Below are positions 62,573-64,000 of a DNA stretch of 64,000 nucleotides, in pieces. The position numbers and the translations under genes were made by a program. Origin of the DNA: Scyliorhinus canicula (lineage: Eukaryota). The stretch spans positions 62,001 to 126,000 of the forward strand of contig NW_024055454.1 of assembly GCF_902713615.1 (NCBI RefSeq), written 5' to 3'. Numbering within the stretch: the first letter of the stretch is position 1; each line of letters starts with the position of its first letter. The notes beneath the pieces were generated by a model that saw only the letters and a program-made list of their open reading frames with translations, ran no database searches and was not told the origin of the DNA.

Positions 62573-63281
62573 CACAGCGTTAGAGAGCAGCTCGAGCACC
62601 GTACAAAAACTGCAGCGAGTCTGTACAGCTCCACTAAGGTTCCTTCTGCCCGAAGCATTTGATCCCCGCTGTTCGAACGCTGTTAGGTGTATTTACCAGG
62701 CTTTGTTTAATGCTTCCACCCTTGTGCCGATCAACAAAGGAGCCGTTTGGAGAATGTTGAGGCTTATCATGCTGCGATATATACAGTAACATTTATCACG
62801 GAATATCCACCAAGCTGCACAGGGAAGATTTCACATGTGGAGTTAGTTTAGCCGGAAAGTACGGCTAGCCTTAACTCAGCTGAGCCCAGGAACACCGACT
62901 CCTCGGCACCCGGTATTTAACGAAATGCAGAATGGATCAGGGGGACGCGGTGGCAAAGTGGTATTGTCACTGGACTAGCAATGCAGACACCGAGAGTAAT
63001 GATATGGGGTTGACTCTTAACTGCCCCCTCATGAGCGATTCGCGATGAACCAAAAAAAAATTCCTGCGATACTTAACACATGAAATGTACAATAGCAGAG
63101 ATTCACCTCACAACACGGCTAGCACTATCAGTCTGTGACATGGGGAGCAGATGATGCCGGGTTTAGGCTTGAATACAAATCGACTTGCCGATCGATAATG
63201 TAAATAAAAGCAAATTATTGCTGGAATCTGAAAACCTGGACAATCCCAGCAGGTCTGGCAGCATCTGTGGAGGGAGAAGGG

Positions 63282-63320
63282 AGCTAACGTTTCGAGTCTG
63301 AGTGACTCTTTGTCAAAGCT
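63282..63320 (-). ncRNA. Hammerhead-like motif (U3-A8 core) in a short Penelope-related repeat
   Basis: Minus strand agct-TTGACAA-A-GAGTC actca GACTC-GAAA-CG-TT-agct. Confidence 0.6.
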
Positions 63321-63419
63321 GAGAATTCGGATGTTGAGTTGATTAAGGATTTACCGAAATACATACAGAGCCGCAAATGTGTCCCAGAAATCTAAATTGC
63401 AGCTTTTTAGACACCGTCT

Positions 63420-63780
63420 TCCTTAATGTTGATATTTATGTAAGAAAATGATAAGGGGCATAGATAGGGTAGATAGGAGGGAACTTAGTAGATGGGTCAA
63501 TAACCAGGGTGCAGAGATTTAGGTTAAGGGGCAGGATTTAGAGGAGATTTGAGGAAACAATTTTACCCAGAGGGTGATGGGAATCTGGAACTCACTGCAT
63601 GAAGGAGTGGTAGAGGCGGGAAGGCTCATAACATTTAAGAAGCATTTCAATAAACACTTCAAACGCCACAGCATACAAGGCTATGGGCCAACTGCTGGTT
63701 AATTGAATTAGGATAGAAAGGTGCTTGATGGCCAGCGCATGCACACTGGGCCGGAGGGCCTCTTTCTGAGCTGGAAAGCC
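63420..63780 (+). mobile_element. Degenerate CR1 LINE 3' fragment
   Basis: gggtcaataaccaggg...ttttacccagagggtgatgggaatctggaactcactgc, the CR1 3' motif. Confidence 0.7.
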
Positions 63781-64000
63781 ATATTGTTCTTTGACTCTAA
63801 GTGGAAAGGTGAAAACGTCTAGGGAGGGAATTCCAGAGCTTTGTGTCGAGGCAGCTGAAGGCACGGCCAGCGATGATGCAGTGATTAAAGTCGGAGGTGA
63901 AGGCAGTTAGTTCCAGATTCCCACCACCGGCTGGATGACAACGTTTTTCCTCAAATCCCCTCGAAATCTCCAACTCCTTATCTTTAATCTGTGCCCATTG

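Overview
Cartilaginous-fish (shark) genomic DNA from an antigen-receptor region; the organism is inferred from HE1-type SINEs and a shark-style IgH cluster. Left end (5.4-7.2 kb, minus strand): an intact, unrearranged IgM-type heavy-chain cluster, leader-VH(23)-(12)D1(22)-(12)D2(12)-(23)JH. No constant exon is visible in the 5.4 kb downstream of JH. Right end (48.9-62.6 kb): an array of T-cell-receptor alpha/delta-type V segments with 23-bp RSSs. It holds two intact V genes, one open V lacking its first Cys and core Trp, one V with a 1-bp frameshift, one inverted V split by a Penelope-like insertion, and several relics. Four forward-oriented CTCF-consensus motifs sit beside these V genes, two of them exactly 206 bp upstream of a V ATG. 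The intervening ~41 kb has no RSS-bearing segment that I could find. It contains LINE/SINE/PLE/hAT/LTR repeats, a ~6-kb diverged tandem duplication, a young L1, and a 552-N gap on which the IgH-TCR linkage depends. Penelope-related repeats carry minimal hammerhead ribozyme motifs, including a U3-A8 covariant core. Repeat boundaries are approximate unless a TSD is quoted.
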